DNA of 59,034 bases, filler included. It is 3 parts of 3 records of this genome, joined end to end, with 100 filler letters (N's around TTAATTAATTAA, not from the genome) between each part and the next. Parts side by side here need not be neighbours in the genome. Positions count along the whole stretch, not along the records: positions 50,440 to 59,034 come from SRR20825019_93; 2 more parts are not named here. The stretch is one strand, 5' to 3'. Below are positions 56,225-59,034 of the stretch, piece by piece. A program made the translations under genes and the position numbers. The first letter of the stretch is position 1, and every line of letters begins with the position of its first letter. The notes below the pieces were generated by a model. It made no database searches. It was given only the letters and a program-made list of their open reading frames with translations, and was not told the DNA's origin.

Positions 56225-57221
56225 TCAGGTCCCTCCAGCAGGGCAAAAGGTCGTCCGGCTCAGCGTGGGCCAGATAGACGCCGCGCGCAATGGCCCGTGA
56301 CAGGCAGACCGCAGCGGCATGGCCGATCACCGACAGGTCGCGGTGATCATCCTGCATGGGCCGCGCGCCGGTGGACAGGGCAAAGACCAGATCGCCGTCG
56401 CCGGGGCTGTGCGCAGGCACGCAGGCGCGGCCGATGCCGTCGTGTGCGGCCCATGCAACACGTTGGCATTGCGCCTTTGTCAGGGCGGCATCGGTGGCGA
56501 CAATGGCGATGGTGGTGTTGGCGCGTTCGATCACGGCGCTGACCTTGCGGCTGTCCAGCGTGCGGCCCAGTCCACTGGCGGGGTCGGGACCAAGACCGCC
56601 GAATTCATTGTCTATTTCAAAGGGCGCCGCCCAAAAGTGCCGGTCGCCCGGTGTGGTCACGGCCCCCATCGGGTTCGCCGCGACCAATGCCGCCACGGTC
56701 GTGCCATCCGGCAAAACAAGCGAGGCCGAGCCAAGCCCGCCTTTCATCATCGCGGTCATCGCCCCGGTGCCCGCACCAACACTGCCCAGATCAAAGCTGT
56801 CGCTGGCGGCATCCAGCGCCGCACGCCCCAGCTTGCGATAGGGGTTTTCGTCCCAATCCTTGTCACCGCCGGACAGCAGGTCAAAGATGATCGCGCCCGG
56901 CACCAGCGGGATGACGGCGTCGGCAATCCGGTAACCGCGCCCCATCGCCCGCAGCCCGTCAACCACACCCGAACAGGCATCCAGCCCATAGGCCGAGCCA
57001 CCCGACAGCACCAGCGCATCGACCGCCGCCACCGATTTGTCCGGTTGCAGCAGATCGGTTTCACGCGTGCCGGGCGCGCCGCCCATGACGGCCACGGATG
57101 CGGTGAACGGCGCATCCGCCGTGACCACGGTGGACCCCGATTTCAGCACTTGATCGGTGGCGTTGCCGACACGCAGGCCGGGCACGTCGGTCAACAGGTT
57201 GCGGGGGCCGGGTGTCATCAT
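56217..57221 (-). CDS. P1/S58 family peptidase (DmpA-like)
   Basis: LTDVPGLRVG, GGAPGTRET, LSGGSAYGL, KGGLGSAS, NTTIAIVATDA, DGDLVF. Confidence 0.92.
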   Translation of the reverse strand: MMTPGPRNLLTDVPGLRVGNATDQVLKSGSTVVTADAPFTASVAVMGGAPGTRETDLLQPDKSVAAVDALVLSGGSAYGLDACSGVVDGLRAMGRGYRIADAVIPLVPGAIIFDLLSGGDKDWDENPYRKLGRAALDAASDSFDLGSVGAGTGAMTAMMKGGLGSASLVLPDGTTVAALVAANPMGAVTTPGDRHFWAAPFEIDNEFGGLGPDPASGLGRTLDSRKVSAVIERANTTIAIVATDAALTKAQCQRVAWAAHDGIGRACVPAHSPGDGDLVFALSTGARPMQDDHRDLSVIGHAAAVCLSRAIARGVYLAHAEPDDLLPCWRDLNA

Positions 57222-57222
57222 G

Positions 57223-57573
57223 TCAGATCCGTGGTTTCGGGGCGGCTGTGGCAGGATCGCCGGTGTTCGGCACGCCCTTGGGTTCGATCAGCAGCACCTT
57301 GCATTCGGCTGCGGCGCGGGGCCGGTGGGTGACGCCGCGCGGGACGATAAACAATTCCCCCGCGCTGACCTGATGCTGGGCATCTTCCAGATCCATCACC
57401 ATTTCGCCTTCGAGCACCAGAAAGAAATCATCGGTGTCTTCGTGCAGGTGAAATGGGAATTCGCCCTGAAACTTGACCACCATCACGTCGTTGTCGTTGT
57501 ATTCAGCGACCACATGCGGGTCCCAATGGGTGCTGAACTGCGCCAGCTTGGCGGCAAGGTTGACCGTCTTCAT
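57223..57573 (-). CDS. Cupin domain protein
   Basis: GEFPFHLHEDTDDFF, GELFIVPRGVTHRP, LLIEP. ATG at 57573 overlaps the SDR stop (ATGA). Confidence 0.9.
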   Translation of the reverse strand: MKTVNLAAKLAQFSTHWDPHVVAEYNDNDVMVVKFQGEFPFHLHEDTDDFFLVLEGEMVMDLEDAQHQVSAGELFIVPRGVTHRPRAAAECKVLLIEPKGVPNTGDPATAAPKPRI

Positions 57574-58310
57574 ATGCAGCGACCTCCGTCCACTTCCATG
57601 GCGACGCCGGTGATCATGCTGGCCTCGTCCGAGCATAGGAACAGCGCGGCATTCGCCAGATCTTCGGGTTGCGAAAAACGGCCCAGCGGGATCGTCGCCA
57701 GAAACTTGGCACGCATTTCCGGCGTGTCCTCGCCCATGAAGGATTTCAGCAGCGGCGTTTCCCCGGCGACGGGGTTTAGCGCGTTGACGCGCACGCCGCT
57801 GGGGGCCAGCTCAACCGCCATGGTGCGGGTCGCGGTGATCATCCAGCCTTTTGATGCGTTGTACCAGTTCAGGTTCGGGCGCGGCGATACGCCGGCGGTG
57901 GACGCGATGTTCAGGATTGCACCGGTGCCGCGTTCTTTCATGTGGGGAACAAGGCTGCGGGCGGTCAGATAGACCGACTTCATGTTGACGTTGAACACGC
58001 GGTCAAAGTCGTCTTCGGTCACGTATTCCATCGCCTGCGGCAGGTGGGTGATGCCCGCGTTGTTGACCAGAATATCCACATGGCCCAGCGTTTTCAGCGC
58101 CACATCGGCCATGGCCTGCACCGAGGCGCCCTTGCCCACGTCAACCTGACAGTATTCCGCGCCCAGATCGGCGGCCACTTTCGCGGCCCCCTCACCGTTG
58201 ATGTCGGCCACCAGAACGCGGGCGCCTTCGGCGGCGAACCGGCGCACGATGCCTTCGCCAAAGCCCGACGCCGCGCCGGTTACGATCGCTGTTTTTCCGT
58301 CCAGTCGCAT
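57570..58310 (-). CDS. Short-chain dehydrogenase/reductase
   Basis: TGAASGFG, NNAG, YNASK, VDGGRCI. Confidence 0.95.
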   Translation of the reverse strand: MRLDGKTAIVTGAASGFGEGIVRRFAAEGARVLVADINGEGAAKVAADLGAEYCQVDVGKGASVQAMADVALKTLGHVDILVNNAGITHLPQAMEYVTEDDFDRVFNVNMKSVYLTARSLVPHMKERGTGAILNIASTAGVSPRPNLNWYNASKGWMITATRTMAVELAPSGVRVNALNPVAGETPLLKSFMGEDTPEMRAKFLATIPLGRFSQPEDLANAALFLCSDEASMITGVAMEVDGGRCI

Positions 58311-58334
58311 GTCATTCCTCCCTGTGAATACGCC

Positions 58335-59034
58335 TTAGCCGTGATGGGCCGCGACGGTCTTGAGCGTGGAAAAGCCGTAGAGCGCTTCGAACCCTTTTTC
58401 GCGGCCATGGCCGGACTTGCCGCTGCCGCCGAACGGCAGTTCAACGCCGCCACCCGCGCCATAGTTGTTGATGAACACCTGACCGGCACGCAGCGCCTTG
58501 GCCAGACGCATCTGGCGCGCGCCGTTGGCGGTCCAGATGGCGGCAACCAGGCCATAGTCGGTGCTGTTGGCGATCTGCACCGCCTCCTCTTCGGTGTCGA
58601 AGGGGATCAGCACCTGAACCGGGCCGAAAATCTCGTCGCGGGCCAGCGTGTGATCGGGCGGCACGTCGGCGAACAGCGTCGGCAAGACATAGGCCCCGTC
58701 GTCATGGGCGTTCTGCAACTGTCCGGTGGCAGCGATGGTCAGGTCCGCGCCCTTGTCCAGAAAGCCCTGCACGATGTCGCGCTGGCGGTTGGAAATCACC
58801 GGACCGACACGCAGGTCGTCCATGGCCGGGCCGACAGTCAGCGCGCGATAGGCCTCGGCCATGCGGTCGCGCACGGTGTCATAAACGCCACGTTGCACCA
58901 GAATGCGCGAGGACGCCGAACAGGTCTGGCCCGCGTTCTGGATGCCCGCGTTGACCAGAAACGGCAGCGCCGCATCCAGATCGGCGTCGTCGAACACCAG
59001 CTGGGGCGACTTGCCGCCCAGTTCCAGCGTCACG
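58335..59034 (-). CDS. Aldehyde dehydrogenase (5'-truncated by window end)
   Basis: LELGGKSP (Glu), NAGQTCS (Cys), EIFGPV, PFGG. Confidence 0.95.
   Translation of the reverse strand, partial: VTLELGGKSPQLVFDDADLDAALPFLVNAGIQNAGQTCSASSRILVQRGVYDTVRDRMAEAYRALTVGPAMDDLRVGPVISNRQRDIVQGFLDKGADLTIAATGQLQNAHDDGAYVLPTLFADVPPDHTLARDEIFGPVQVLIPFDTEEEAVQIANSTDYGLVAAIWTANGARQMRLAKALRAGQVFINNYGAGGGVELPFGGSGKSGHGREKGFEALYGFSTLKTVAAHHG

Noticed and set aside
54767-57972. Long plus-strand ORFs (302, 277, 337 and 271 aa)
   Set aside because: Antisense shadows of the well-supported minus-strand operon.

Overview
This window is not one locus. It is three unrelated contigs joined by two artificial 100-bp spacers (44 N + TTAATTAATTAA + 44 N, at 19183-19282 and 50340-50439). 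Contig A (1-19182) is a gammaproteobacterial housekeeping region, possibly Methylophaga-like (inference). It carries a LapG-type peptidase, bioBFHCD, comF, two diguanylate cyclases, a K+ channel pore protein, a thermonuclease, ubiA/ubiC, recG, ridA, spoT, rpoZ, gmk, yicC and partial rph, plus three copies of a small palindromic MITE/REP-like repeat. Contig B (19283-50339) is eukaryotic nuclear DNA with short (~38-66 nt) GT-AG introns, which is why the ORF track is shattered there. By hand-splicing I find three genes. (1) One ~18.8-kb, ~65-70-intron giant ankyrin gene of roughly 5,100 aa, with a Cys-rich micro-exon and a late SelW/Rdx-like CxxC domain. (2) A 6-exon, 683-aa single-pass membrane protein with four FN3 domains and Cys-rich modules. 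(3) A 3-exon, 2410-aa protein fusing Ser/Thr kinase, STAND/AAA ATPase, GAF, a bacterial-type class III adenylate cyclase and a eukaryotic class I phosphodiesterase, with all catalytic domains in one 6.84-kb intronless exon. Gene 3 is the most striking object in the window. Contig C (50440-59034) is GC-rich alphaproteobacterial DNA (Roseobacter-like, inference) with a Crp fragment, FNT transporter, DUF2254 protein, FAA hydrolase-maiA, cytochrome c2 and an ALDH-SDR-cupin-P1 peptidase-TTC38-like operon. All domain calls are from motif recognition by eye; no searches were run.
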